Positions 28,411-38,085 are shown, counted from the first letter of the stretch. The stretch is 64,000 nucleotides of DNA from a virus (IMGVR_UViG_3300023213_000432:1-64000); one strand, 5' to 3'. Notes: generated from the sequence alone by a model not told the origin. Translations and numbers: made by a program.

Positions 28411-28905
28411 GTGATTACATATGTAATTGGAGATGCGACCAACCTAAAGCCTAATGGAATCATCATTATCGCACACGTGTGCAATGATATTGGTGTTTTT
28501 TCCGCTGGTTTCGCTTTAGCGATTGCTAATCGCCATCCAAGATCTAAAACTGCCTATGAAGATTGGCACAACTGTAGATCACCTTATACCAATTTTCCTT
28601 TTTGTCTTGGGGAAGTTCAGTTAGTTCGCGTAGTCAATGAAATCTACGTTGCCAATATGATCGGACAACATGGTATCAGAATGAAGGATGTGTTAGAGAA
28701 ACCTCCGATTCGATATGAAGCCGTGGAGAAATGCCTTACCACTGTTGCTACTTTAACGAGATCTTTGCAAGCATCTATCCATATGCCAAGGATTGGATGT
28801 GGGTTGGCTGGGTCAAAGTGGGAAATAATGGAACCCATAATCTCTAAAGCGCTTGATGGACTTAGCGTGTATGTGTATGATTTACCCCACAAAGCAAGGA
28901 AATAA
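28411..28905 (+). CDS. macrodomain protein (Poa1p/DarG-like)
   Basis: GDAT, HVCNDIG..AGFA, MPRIGCGLAG..W. Confidence 0.9.
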   Translation: MITYVIGDATNLKPNGIIIIAHVCNDIGVFSAGFALAIANRHPRSKTAYEDWHNCRSPYTNFPFCLGEVQLVRVVNEIYVANMIGQHGIRMKDVLEKPPIRYEAVEKCLTTVATLTRSLQASIHMPRIGCGLAGSKWEIMEPIISKALDGLSVYVYDLPHKARK

Positions 28906-28906
28906 T

Positions 28907-29077
28907 ATGAAAGAAGTTATCCACGAAGTCAAGAAATATTTCGAGAGAACAGTTCAGGATGCGGATACTTTCCAAAAGAGAGTTGCGCCGTTGGACGGAG
29001 AGCTGGCTAAAAAAATTAGGCACGCCAAAGAAACGAACGAAGAAATAGTCAAGCACATTCAGGAAAGAAACAAATAA
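28907..29077 (+). CDS. small coiled-coil protein
   Basis: AAGGA RBS before MKEV. Confidence 0.55.
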   Translation: MKEVIHEVKKYFERTVQDADTFQKRVAPLDGELAKKIRHAKETNEEIVKHIQERNK

Positions 29078-29207
29078 AATGCCGACATGGTTTGGTTTCG
29101 TACTTTTAGCTGGTGCCTTATTTTCAGCATATGTACAAATTAAAACATTCATACATGATGAGCGAAAACGAAACAAAATTTTATAAAAAAAGACTTGAGG
29201 ATTAATC

Positions 29208-29408
29208 ATGGAAAAAGATAATCCAGATTATGATAAGACTGTTGAATTCATGGTGGAAAGTGCTGAAAGACAGGGTGCCGCCTGTATTAGTACAAGTGAT
29301 GGGCATGTCATCATGTTCCGCAGGGATCATTTAGAAGAGTTGCTTAAAAAGAATCCCGATGCTAAACTTCTAACTGTGTTTGTTCAAAGGCGCAATTTCA
29401 AAAATTGA
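29208..29408 (+). CDS. hypothetical protein
   Basis: GAGGA RBS. Confidence 0.65.
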   Translation: MEKDNPDYDKTVEFMVESAERQGAACISTSDGHVIMFRRDHLEELLKKNPDAKLLTVFVQRRNFKN

Positions 29409-29614
29409 AAATGAGCTACATTAAATGTCAGAGATGCGGATGGTTGCTTCCGCCCGGAACCAAACACGGAAAGTATATAGGTAAGTTCCACTTTTGGACA
29501 TTAGTAGAGTGTACTAACATTTTATCTGCCAATACAATAAAAAACGTATGTAACATATTTTTAGTTTATATTGCCTGTGTTAGTTTCTTCATGTGGGAAA
29601 GATTAAAGCGATGA
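29405..29614 (+). CDS. hypothetical protein
   Basis: CQRCG plus TM; overlap-coupled. Confidence 0.5.
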   Translation: MKMSYIKCQRCGWLLPPGTKHGKYIGKFHFWTLVECTNILSANTIKNVCNIFLVYIACVSFFMWERLKR

Positions 29615-29859
29615 ATCAAAAGTTTTTGTTCATTGGCATTGGGTACGGAGGATATGGCGGCGAGCCATTTTCTTGTTCTTGTCGTGGAATTCCCATAACA
29701 ATGGATTTGGAACATGTGCTCAATTTAGTAGCTGAAGAGCATCCCAGTATTCGATCTCACATCGAAGAGTTGCTGGTTATTCAAAATGATGAAGTGGTAA
29801 GGCATTTTGGATTTAAAGAGTTGGATGAACAACACCACCAAGACCTGTTGATAGAATAA
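29611..29859 (+). CDS. hypothetical protein
   Basis: ATGA-coupled. Confidence 0.6.
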   Translation: MNQKFLFIGIGYGGYGGEPFSCSCRGIPITMDLEHVLNLVAEEHPSIRSHIEELLVIQNDEVVRHFGFKELDEQHHQDLLIE

Positions 29860-29863
29860 TACC

Positions 29864-31051
29864 ATGCCTTGGCTACCTTACGATCAAAATAGACCACCTA
29901 AGGATGGACAAAAAGTTCGTTATCGATATAAGAAATCCGATGGTAATTGGGACGATTGGATTGCATCGGGGCTCGGTACCGGCTCTCTCTGTAATGGCAA
30001 GAAACCACCTGATAATATTCAATGGGAAATCTGGTGGGAAGAGAAAGAACTTGATGAGCTGCCTTTAAATCGTCCTAAAATTGGAGAAATAATTAGAGTA
30101 AAATCCGATAAAGGCGAAGGTTGGATCGGAGCCATTGGACATGTTACTAAACATGAAAACTCATATTTAGCCTACATTGAGTGGGTAAAAATTCCAGACA
30201 AATGTCCTCCAAATCAGTGGGGATTTCCTAACCAACATGTAGAGTTGGTATCTTCAGTTCCAGATGTTCCTCTCGAAATAGACGATCGGGTTATCGTGGA
30301 AATTTGGGGAGATAAAGAAGTAACTGGAACCTATCTTGGACATCATGGTGGTGAGCCCCTAGTTTATTTAAATGAACCATATCATAATGCTGGATCTGCT
30401 TCTTGGGCAACAGCTTGGCATGGTGGTATTGCAAAAGTTCTTAAAGAACGCGGACTGGATCCTAATGCTCCTCGATGTTGGAAAATAACACCTTCACAAT
30501 CACGGATTGTTAAAGTAATCAAAAAGGAAGAAAAGAAAATGTCCGAAGAAAAAGAAAATCAGTCGTTTGGAAAAATGTTAAAACAAGACTTTACCAACGC
30601 TGCATGGCGCGGGGCAGCAACTCAACTAACAAATGCTGTTCAAGGAGCCATCTTACTGATGCTCAAGGACAAAGGAGCAGACGAGAACAAGATTGCCGTG
30701 ATGAAGGAAATTTTGGATACAGAATATGGTAAAATTTTGATCCGTGCCATTTTGGGATATAGCTTAACTTATATGCCAACCATCGGGGAGGATCCAAGAG
30801 TTCAACGTTTAGCTGAGGAATTCAGGGTATCAGCCATGGATCGCTCCATGGAGGAAGTTGTGGGAGCTGCATCTCAATACTTGATGCCAGCAGTAAAGAC
30901 AGCCATTGCAGCCCTTCCTCCTATCGAGGAGGCGGTACCTGAGGTGCTCAAGTCTAAGAAAAAGAAGCGAGTCAGCCACAAAACACGAGTGGCGGAAGAA
31001 CAGGAAGTTGAGGAAACTGAACAAGTGGCGAAGAAAGCTGAGGCGCCATGA
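29864..31051 (+). CDS. modular family protein A (PYD module, SH3-like modules, shared C-terminal helical domain)
   Basis: C-terminal AWR.AATQLTNA..LAEE.RVSAMDR domain shared with 33706 and 34556. Confidence 0.85.
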   Translation: MPWLPYDQNRPPKDGQKVRYRYKKSDGNWDDWIASGLGTGSLCNGKKPPDNIQWEIWWEEKELDELPLNRPKIGEIIRVKSDKGEGWIGAIGHVTKHENSYLAYIEWVKIPDKCPPNQWGFPNQHVELVSSVPDVPLEIDDRVIVEIWGDKEVTGTYLGHHGGEPLVYLNEPYHNAGSASWATAWHGGIAKVLKERGLDPNAPRCWKITPSQSRIVKVIKKEEKKMSEEKENQSFGKMLKQDFTNAAWRGAATQLTNAVQGAILLMLKDKGADENKIAVMKEILDTEYGKILIRAILGYSLTYMPTIGEDPRVQRLAEEFRVSAMDRSMEEVVGAASQYLMPAVKTAIAALPPIEEAVPEVLKSKKKKRVSHKTRVAEEQEVEETEQVAKKAEAP

Positions 31052-31245
31052 TGCCTTTTCTTTTTATTCTAACGTTCTATCTTGGAGGATTGGTTGCCTC
31101 TATGGGTAGAAGTTTTCGTAGCTACCGAGAAAATAAATTCTTTGAGGAATATGGATTTTATGATCTTCCAATTCCAGTCAAACTTCGTTGGGGATGGTTG
31201 GTCTTTAAGAATGAAGGTTTGCTTTGGTTTTTGAGAGTAGCATGA
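31048..31245 (+). CDS. small membrane protein, paralog of 4215
   Basis: FYLGGLVA. Confidence 0.6.
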   Translation: MMPFLFILTFYLGGLVASMGRSFRSYRENKFFEEYGFYDLPIPVKLRWGWLVFKNEGLLWFLRVA

Positions 31246-31583
31246 CCAAAAAATCAGAACACGATTGTCCCTGTTGCACTTGCGGACAAATGGAATTGAG
31301 TTGGTCAGATCGGTCTTGGTACGTTTATCCTGATGATATAGTAGCAATCGTTAATGCGATCATCAGTTGTGCCTTGGATCATTATTATGATCGATATGAT
31401 GGAGTGCCACATGGACTGACATGGATTAAAAAGGGATTAGATGATGCTGTTAGACCTATTATAGTCAAGCATCTATCCGCTATTAATTCAGAATGGGAAG
31501 ATCATTCAGTGGATATGAATGAAAGCCAACGGAAATCTTTCCGAGAAGAATTGCTTGCAAAAGTTAAAGAGATTATGAGTTAA
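31242..31583 (+). CDS. hypothetical protein, paralog of 8202
   Basis: HDCPCCTCG..WSDR; ATGA-coupled. Confidence 0.75.
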   Translation: MTKKSEHDCPCCTCGQMELSWSDRSWYVYPDDIVAIVNAIISCALDHYYDRYDGVPHGLTWIKKGLDDAVRPIIVKHLSAINSEWEDHSVDMNESQRKSFREELLAKVKEIMS

Positions 31584-31724
31584 AGATGAAGTATCTAGCA
31601 AGAAAGATTTGTTGCGAATTTTGCTCGTTCGAGTGTATAACTTGGGATGGTTTGTTGAATCATCTAAGGCGCGCACACACAGATATTTGTCCATTTACAT
31701 ACGACAAGAAATTATGAGGGGCGG

Positions 31725-31742
31725 TTCCCATCGCCTAACGGC
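31725..31742 (+). repeat. dispersed 18-bp motif
   Basis: exact intergenic copy. Confidence 0.95.
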
Positions 31743-31840
31743 AGCGAACGAATTTCGCAATTTTTGTATTGCCTCTTGTCAGAGAGTTAAACTGAACGCG
31801 CGCATCAGGCGATCTGATACCTTTTTCAAGGAGAATTAAC

Positions 31841-32041
31841 ATGATTAATGTTCAACACGATGTCAAAGAAAATGTGCTTACAATCAAGGTCGATCTTAGT
31901 CAGAACCACGGGACTTCTCAGTCGGGGAAATCCGATCGTGTAGCTTCGTCGGAAGGATTCATTAGTCTTGCGGAAGCGGGACATGATGACATCGCTTTTT
32001 CGCTCAACGTTAATAAGCGCCAAGCAAAATCGTCCAAGTAA
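31841..32041 (+). CDS. small phage protein, paralog of 17176
   Basis: AAGGAG RBS; ENVLTIKVDLSQNHGTSQSGKS. Confidence 0.75.
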   Translation: MINVQHDVKENVLTIKVDLSQNHGTSQSGKSDRVASSEGFISLAEAGHDDIAFSLNVNKRQAKSSK

Positions 32042-32088
32042 CTTTGTCAGTTTGTGGAAACTGATTGAAACGGGTGTGTAAATACCGC

Positions 32089-32123
32089 AGGGGCAATGTC
32101 CAAAAAACTTGCCCCTAATTTTT
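32089..32123 (+). terminator. putative intrinsic terminator
   Basis: AGGGGCAA/TTGCCCCT 8-bp stem then AATTTTT. Confidence 0.4.
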
Positions 32124-32133
32124 AAAGGAAGTC

Positions 32134-32376
32134 ATGCGTTGGCTCAACTCTATTGAACAACACGTTTTAGAATATGTTGCCACCGTTCCCTTTGAAGAAA
32201 GAAAGTTAGCGGATCCTTTCAAAAAAGGAACGCCTGAAGATTTGGCTTTTGATGTGCTAGCGCATAGAGGATTGGTAGTTCCTGCACATTGCGATCAATC
32301 AGGGATAACTTATATTCTTTCTGGTGTCGCAATTCTAATTCGTTCCGCTCTCAAAGTTAAAAATTGCTCTATATAG
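32134..32376 (+). CDS. hypothetical protein
   Basis: AAAGGA RBS. Confidence 0.6.
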   Translation: MRWLNSIEQHVLEYVATVPFEERKLADPFKKGTPEDLAFDVLAHRGLVVPAHCDQSGITYILSGVAILIRSALKVKNCSI

Positions 32377-32382
32377 AATTCT

Positions 32383-33648
32383 ATGCCTTGGCTAAATTAC
32401 AATCCTAAACGACCTCCGAATCCGGGACAACTAGTTCGTCAGGTTGATAAATATGGTATTCCGGGTCCCGCAATATCTCTTAGTGGCGGTTCTTGGATGG
32501 TAACTGGGGAGTCTCATCCCGAAGGAATGGATCAATTTCAAGTTCTTTGGGGATTGGAAAAACCACCTCCTGTTGGAACTAAAGTCAAGATCCATATTAT
32601 TGATCCTTCTGCATCTAGCCTTAGCCATTTGAACGGTGTAGTTGGAGAAGTCACTTATAGTAGCGGAAATGAAGCTCATATTAAGTGGGAAGAAAATTCC
32701 GTACCAAAAATTACGAGGGATTGGAGGTTTCCCAATCCTAATTTGGAGTTGGTGCCTCCACTTACAGAAGCCAAACCTAAGATTGGGCAAATTTGGTATA
32801 ATGATGCTCTTGAATGGAAAATCAAAATTGTAGCTTCTAAACATCCCAATCTACTTGGATGCGAAACGCTTGAAAGTGGGCGATCTGGATTTGTTAAGGG
32901 ACAAATTTATGATGAGTTCTGTCATAATTTTCCTATATCAACCGGTCATCGCTTAGGGATGGGGTCTGCATGGAGACTTGTTTGGGATGTCTCTGCTGCT
33001 TCTGAACCTTCAAACAGTATCTCTGAAGCTCCTCAAGGTGTAGGAATGGAACCTTCTGCTATTAAACCAGTTAAAGTTGGGCAGATCTATCGAACCAAAA
33101 CAGGTTGGACAGTCAAGATTCATTCCGTTTTTGTTGATTATGCAGACGCGGAAGTAATTCATCCTTCGAATTCTGGTTTTAAAAGTGGAACCATTATCAA
33201 GAGGGTTGGAATTTTAAATAAAGATGGAACTCCTGATGGTTGGAAAGAATGGTCATTGGTTGAAGAGAACACTATGAGCAAATTCAAAACAGGAACTCGG
33301 GTTTGGCATGCTAAATATGGAGAAGGAACCATCGCTAGTGATGAGGCAAATGGTTATTTCGATGTGTGGTTTAACGAGGGCATCTTAAATATAAATTCTG
33401 ATAAATTGCTAGTTATTCCTAAGCGCAGAGAACGCGTTACTTTCACGATTGACGACGCAGAGATTACTGGAACTTTCATTGGTGGCGAAGCAGGCGGATA
33501 TCCTATAGTCTGGGTGGATGAACCATTCAAAACTGGTGGGCACCATTCTTGGTTTCCAGATGAATATCTTTCTAATAATAGAGCTAAAATTGTTAAGCAA
33601 TTTTTGGAAAAGGAAGGATTTTCTACCGAACTTAGGCGATGCTTTTAG
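32383..33648 (+). CDS. modular family protein B, N-terminal part
   Basis: PYD module, repeated K.GQI(W/Y) modules; ends at single in-frame TAG. Confidence 0.8.
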   Translation: MPWLNYNPKRPPNPGQLVRQVDKYGIPGPAISLSGGSWMVTGESHPEGMDQFQVLWGLEKPPPVGTKVKIHIIDPSASSLSHLNGVVGEVTYSSGNEAHIKWEENSVPKITRDWRFPNPNLELVPPLTEAKPKIGQIWYNDALEWKIKIVASKHPNLLGCETLESGRSGFVKGQIYDEFCHNFPISTGHRLGMGSAWRLVWDVSAASEPSNSISEAPQGVGMEPSAIKPVKVGQIYRTKTGWTVKIHSVFVDYADAEVIHPSNSGFKSGTIIKRVGILNKDGTPDGWKEWSLVEENTMSKFKTGTRVWHAKYGEGTIASDEANGYFDVWFNEGILNINSDKLLVIPKRRERVTFTIDDAEITGTFIGGEAGGYPIVWVDEPFKTGGHHSWFPDEYLSNNRAKIVKQFLEKEGFSTELRRCF

Positions 33649-33705
33649 CTTGACGAGTACAGTATAACAAACTATCTAATAATTGAATCAGAAAGAGAGG
33701 AAACG

Positions 33706-34284
33706 ATGAAAGAAGAAACGGCAACTCAGGAAACAAAAGAAGATCAGAAGTCATTCGGAAAAATGTTCAAAGCTGACTTTACTAAAGCAGCCTGGAGAAC
33801 AGGGGCCACTCAATTAACGAATGCAGCCCAAGCTGGCATTTTAGCTATGCTAAAAGATCGTGGCGCTGATGAAAACAAATTGGCATTGGCTCGGGAACTA
33901 TTGGACACTCCGATGGGAGCAGTCCTGATTCGAGCGGTGTTGGGCTATAGTTTGACTTATATGCCCATGGTCAAAGATGATCCTCGGGGTCAGCGATTGG
34001 CGGAAGAGCTACGTGTTTCCGCGATGGATCGTGGGAGCGAAGAAGTTCTGGGAGCCGTTTTCGAATATCTCATGCCCGCTGTGCAAACTGCGGTTGCAGC
34101 TCTTCCTCCTATCGAGACAGCTATTCCCGAGGTATTAAAACCGAAGCGAAAGCGCGTTTCCGCACCCAAAGCTCGTGTATCCCCTCCCGTGGAAGTTAAA
34201 GAAGAAATCGCCACAGAGACGACAGAAGAAACGGTTACTGGAGAAAAAAAGGCAGCAGAGCTTCCGACACCTGGCGTTGTTTAG
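33706..34284 (+). CDS. modular family protein B, C-terminal helical domain
   Basis: in frame with 32383; own GAGAGG RBS; paralogous to C-termini of 29864 and 34556. Confidence 0.8.
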   Translation: MKEETATQETKEDQKSFGKMFKADFTKAAWRTGATQLTNAAQAGILAMLKDRGADENKLALARELLDTPMGAVLIRAVLGYSLTYMPMVKDDPRGQRLAEELRVSAMDRGSEEVLGAVFEYLMPAVQTAVAALPPIETAIPEVLKPKRKRVSAPKARVSPPVEVKEEIATETTEETVTGEKKAAELPTPGVV

Positions 34285-34439
34285 TTAATGGAATAATTTC
34301 TGGACTTGTCTCTCTTAAATGTTTAAATCCTACGAGTGTTGCCATTAAAAAATAACCTCCTGCTTTTGGTAGGATGAGCGACAAGTCAAGGACTTTAGTC
34401 ATTGGTAATTGACAAAAATTACTATTACAGATGATGACT

Positions 34440-34560
34440 TTATTGGTGGAAGTTAGTGGAGGACGTGAAAGTGAATGCCGAAGTTGGCCAGGTTTGGTAT
34501 AATGAAAGTAGAGATTGGAAGGTTAGGATCACTGCTATCAAAAATAACATAGTTAGTGCC
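34440..34560 (+). pseudogene. out-of-frame 5' module of modular protein C
   Basis: WWKLVED..EVGQVWYNESRDWKVRI, preceded by TGA TGA and one base out of frame with 34556 ORF. Confidence 0.5.
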
Positions 34561-36598
34561 AATCCAAATTGGAACCAGCAATACATATTCTGATGGGCAT
34601 GAATATTCTTGTTTAACTAGCTTACCTTTTTATTCGAAATGGAAGATGATTAGGGAAGCTCCTAAAATGAAGGTGGGGCAAATATGGAAAAGCGACGGCT
34701 CGGCTAACTCTGAAGGTTGGACTGTTAAGGTTACTGATATTCATTTTAAAGGAGAGATAGCTATTGTTAACACCGAGACAATTGAGCCCGGTTTTAGTAG
34801 AGGCTACAAAGGAGAACAAAACTTCAATTTTGATTCCCTTAAAGAAAATGGGGAATGGAGTTTTTTAGGATGGAAGTTGGTCGAAGAGTCTAAAATGGAA
34901 GACACCAAGTATGATCGCCATCTCAAGATTGGCCAAATTTGGCAATGCGCTGATGGTTGGAAGGTTAAAATTACTGGTTACGCTGACAGTGTGTTTCAGG
35001 CTGAAACTTTAGAATCTGGCAGGTACAGCCACGCAAAAATAATTGATAATTTTCAAAGCCGTAGCTTTGAGATGACTAAAGAATGGACATTGGTTAAAGA
35101 TGTCGGAACCAAAGAGCGACCTCCTATCGGTACTATTATTGAAATAAATAATGGATCAGATAAAGGTGTTCGTGGTATTGTGATCGAACATAACAAAAGT
35201 GAATCAAAGCATGCTAAAATCAGATGGCTTTTTGCAGAAAGAAATCGAGATGCTGTTCAAGACTGGTCATTTCCTAATGAAAATGTAGATATTGTTTGTA
35301 TTCCTAAAGTCCGTGTTGGGCAATTTATTCAATATAAAAAGGGCGATATTGTCAAAATTACTGGGTTTGAGTTAAATGAGTATGAGTGGTTTATTCAAGG
35401 CGAAGTAATTAAAGGAGCTGTTTGGAATCAAGGATATTTTTCAGATCACTTTACTAAGCTAGATTCAGATGGTAACTTTTGGTATAAAGAAGATTGGAAA
35501 ATAGTAGAAGATCCATCTAAACAATCCATGCCGCCCACAACTAAATTCAAAACAGGAACTCGGGTATGGAACGATGCTTTAGGAGAAGGAATAGTTACTA
35601 ATATGGATACAGCCGAACACGCTTGTGTTCGTGTTAGATTTGATAGTTATACATACGCTGATGACAAGGATTATCATTATGTCCCACAACCTGAGTTAAT
35701 TGTTATTCCAAAGCGTGGGGATCGAATCGTTTTTACCATTGATGGAAGTGAAATCAGTGGAACATTTCTTGGTGGTGAAAAAGGCGGATATCCAATTGTT
35801 TATGTGGATAAAGAATTCGATATCAGTGCTTGTTGTTCTTGGTCGCCTAACCAATATCCGACTCTTCCAAAATTAACAATTGTTAAGAATTTCTTGGAAG
35901 AAGAAGGATATGATGTTCGAGAGAAAAGATATTTTCAATTGAATTTTCCTGAGGTGGAAGGGTTTCGAGTAATCGAGCCAGAAAATAAAGAGACGAGCCA
36001 AGTTGATAAAGAATTTTGGGATAACATCGCATTCTTTTATCGATTAAAAAACACAGAAGTAATTTCTCATCGAGGATCATTTGGACAAACCTTCAAAGGT
36101 GATTTGAAGAATGCACTATGGCGAACAGGTGCAACCCAATTGACCAATGCTGTCCAATCTAGTGTTCTTGCCATACTTCATGATCGTGGCATGAAAGAGG
36201 ACAGATTAACAGTAGTTCGGGAAATGATTGATACTCCAGTGGGAGCAGTTTTCATTCGGGCTTTGCTTGGTTATGCCATCACTTATATGCCGGTAGTGAA
36301 AGAAGATTTGTGGGCCCAGCGATTGGCGGAAGAGTTGAGAGTGTCCGCAATGGATCGTGGTGCTGAAGAAGTTATAGGAACTGTTTTCCAATATCTCATG
36401 CCCGCAGTGCAAGTAACGATTGCCGAACTGCCACCTATTGAAACGGTGGTTCCTAAGGTGGTTAAGCCAAAGAAAAAGCGGGTTGCATCTCCAAGAACCC
36501 GTGTGGATTCTTCTACGAAAGCTAAAGAAGAGGTAGTAGAAACATCAGAAAAGATAGTTGAAGAAGAAAAATTGAAATTGATGGAAGTTCCGACATAA
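34556..36598 (+). CDS. modular family protein C
   Basis: several K(V/I)GQ(I/F)W modules plus shared C-terminal domain; true start uncertain. Confidence 0.85.
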   Translation: MPIQIGTSNTYSDGHEYSCLTSLPFYSKWKMIREAPKMKVGQIWKSDGSANSEGWTVKVTDIHFKGEIAIVNTETIEPGFSRGYKGEQNFNFDSLKENGEWSFLGWKLVEESKMEDTKYDRHLKIGQIWQCADGWKVKITGYADSVFQAETLESGRYSHAKIIDNFQSRSFEMTKEWTLVKDVGTKERPPIGTIIEINNGSDKGVRGIVIEHNKSESKHAKIRWLFAERNRDAVQDWSFPNENVDIVCIPKVRVGQFIQYKKGDIVKITGFELNEYEWFIQGEVIKGAVWNQGYFSDHFTKLDSDGNFWYKEDWKIVEDPSKQSMPPTTKFKTGTRVWNDALGEGIVTNMDTAEHACVRVRFDSYTYADDKDYHYVPQPELIVIPKRGDRIVFTIDGSEISGTFLGGEKGGYPIVYVDKEFDISACCSWSPNQYPTLPKLTIVKNFLEEEGYDVREKRYFQLNFPEVEGFRVIEPENKETSQVDKEFWDNIAFFYRLKNTEVISHRGSFGQTFKGDLKNALWRTGATQLTNAVQSSVLAILHDRGMKEDRLTVVREMIDTPVGAVFIRALLGYAITYMPVVKEDLWAQRLAEELRVSAMDRGAEEVIGTVFQYLMPAVQVTIAELPPIETVVPKVVKPKKKRVASPRTRVDSSTKAKEEVVETSEKIVEEEKLKLMEVPT

Positions 36599-36634
36599 AT
36601 TAGAAGAGTTGAAAAGAATCATTTGGGAGCACAT

Positions 36635-36805
36635 ATGAGTCAGCGAAGTCGGTTAGAAGATCGTTACACCGTTGTTTGTCTGGGATGCAACACAGAATGG
36701 TGCGATCCAGAAAAGAAGCCGCACCAAAAATATCCTAAAGTGTGTCCAGGATGTGGAAGAACAAGTCGAGAGAACAGAAATCTGGCTAGAAAGAAAAGCC
36801 TATGA
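36635..36805 (+). CDS. small zinc-ribbon protein
   Basis: CLGC..CPGCG. Confidence 0.55.
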   Translation: MSQRSRLEDRYTVVCLGCNTEWCDPEKKPHQKYPKVCPGCGRTSRENRNLARKKSL

Positions 36806-37038
36806 ATAAAGACTACAAATTAAAAGCATTAAGAATCAGTTCTATTAAAGCAATCATCAAAGAGATCGACGACTATAAAAAATACACACAAGAGAGCGAT
36901 TATACAGATACTGGCGATGTTTGGGAGTTGCTTGATAATATTCAAGAAGACCTTACTACATATATAAGTACATCCGCTCATCGGCGAAAGAGACGGCAAA
37001 AGAAACCCCAACGCCCCACAAGCTTGGACAAATTTTAG
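36802..37038 (+). CDS. hypothetical protein
   Basis: ATGA-coupled. Confidence 0.6.
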   Translation: MNKDYKLKALRISSIKAIIKEIDDYKKYTQESDYTDTGDVWELLDNIQEDLTTYISTSAHRRKRRQKKPQRPTSLDKF

Positions 37039-37049
37039 GAGCAGAATTT

Positions 37050-37364
37050 ATGGCTACGCGTAAGTGGAGCGAGTTGAAGGACAGGATGGCGCCTGAGCGC
37101 AGGGCTCGGGTTGATGCAGCCGTGCGTCAAGAGCTGCACGCAATGAAGATCAAAGTTTCGGAAAAATTAAAACAGAAAAGTAAAGACATGATTCTGAAAC
37201 CTTGGATGTATTGGCTGCTTGCGGGCATGTATGCTGTTTTTATGGGGGCAAGTATCTATAAACAGTTTTGGCTTCCTACCATTATAGGTATCATTGGGAT
37301 TATAGTAATGGCGATTTGTGCCATAGATGCCAAAAGATATTGGAAAGAAAACAACCATGATTAA
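37050..37364 (+). CDS. membrane protein with XRE-antitoxin-like N-terminal segment
   Basis: MATRKWSELKDRMAPERRARVDAAVRQEL then two TM helices; AGGAG RBS. Confidence 0.55.
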   Translation: MATRKWSELKDRMAPERRARVDAAVRQELHAMKIKVSEKLKQKSKDMILKPWMYWLLAGMYAVFMGASIYKQFWLPTIIGIIGIIVMAICAIDAKRYWKENNHD

Positions 37365-37620
37365 AGTTCTTGAAGTGGATCAATGGACTTCCACCGGCAA
37401 TGTTGCTAATTTCTCCATGGAAGAATGGGAAAAGGATACCCAAGGAACGTTAGCTAAAGTGGCAGGAGGAGATTCCGAAGCCATTAAGGTAATTTTTGGT
37501 GGTCGAGCACGAGTATTGACGGTTCATGATTTTTCTCAACCATATATTGGGGACGTTTGGTTCAAAGAAGAAAACGGCAAATTAGTTCTCTATAAGTGTA
37601 ATTACGATAGTAGCGATTAA
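37357..37620 (+). CDS. hypothetical protein
   Basis: ends YKCNYDSSD. Confidence 0.65.
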   Translation: MIKVLEVDQWTSTGNVANFSMEEWEKDTQGTLAKVAGGDSEAIKVIFGGRARVLTVHDFSQPYIGDVWFKEENGKLVLYKCNYDSSD

Positions 37621-38085
37621 ATTTCAGGACGAGTAGGAACAACATGGTTGGTCAGCAATATACGGATAGCATGGATCGGGACAGAATTCTAATCCCTGAA
37701 AAGGATTTAGGATTATATTTCTTGTGTCGGGTTTATTTTCGAAATACTGGGTATTGTGGGAAAATTAAGATTAAAAAGTCTTTGTTTGATAACGATAGGT
37801 ATGGATTTTTTCAGGGGTAGGATTTTGTGTTTCAAGTAATTGAGTTGCGATTTAATAATGGTATGATGAAAGAAACAGTGATTAAACGTGGCTTTCCCAA
37901 TAGATCAGGTGCGGAAAGCTACGCCCGCACAAGAAATCGAGGATATGATCTGCCAAAATCTACTAGTGATATTGTTTCTTTTGTAGTTAAGGTTCAGCCA
38001 TGATTTCTTGGATATTAAAGATTGCAATAATTGTAGTAATGGTTTTGGTTGCGTTCGTTTATAGATGATGTGATTTAGGGGCAAC

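Noticed and set aside
33646-33648. Genome-wide TAG-to-Gln recoding
   Set aside because: Long genes read intact in code 11 and TAG terminates other sensible ORFs; only this site fits
36468-36485. PKKKRV resembling a eukaryotic NLS
   Set aside because: Low-complexity basic tail in a phage protein; paralogs vary; no supporting context
29864-36598. Diversity-generating retroelement behind the modular family
   Set aside because: No reverse transcriptase and no TR/VR pair with adenine-specific mismatches seen
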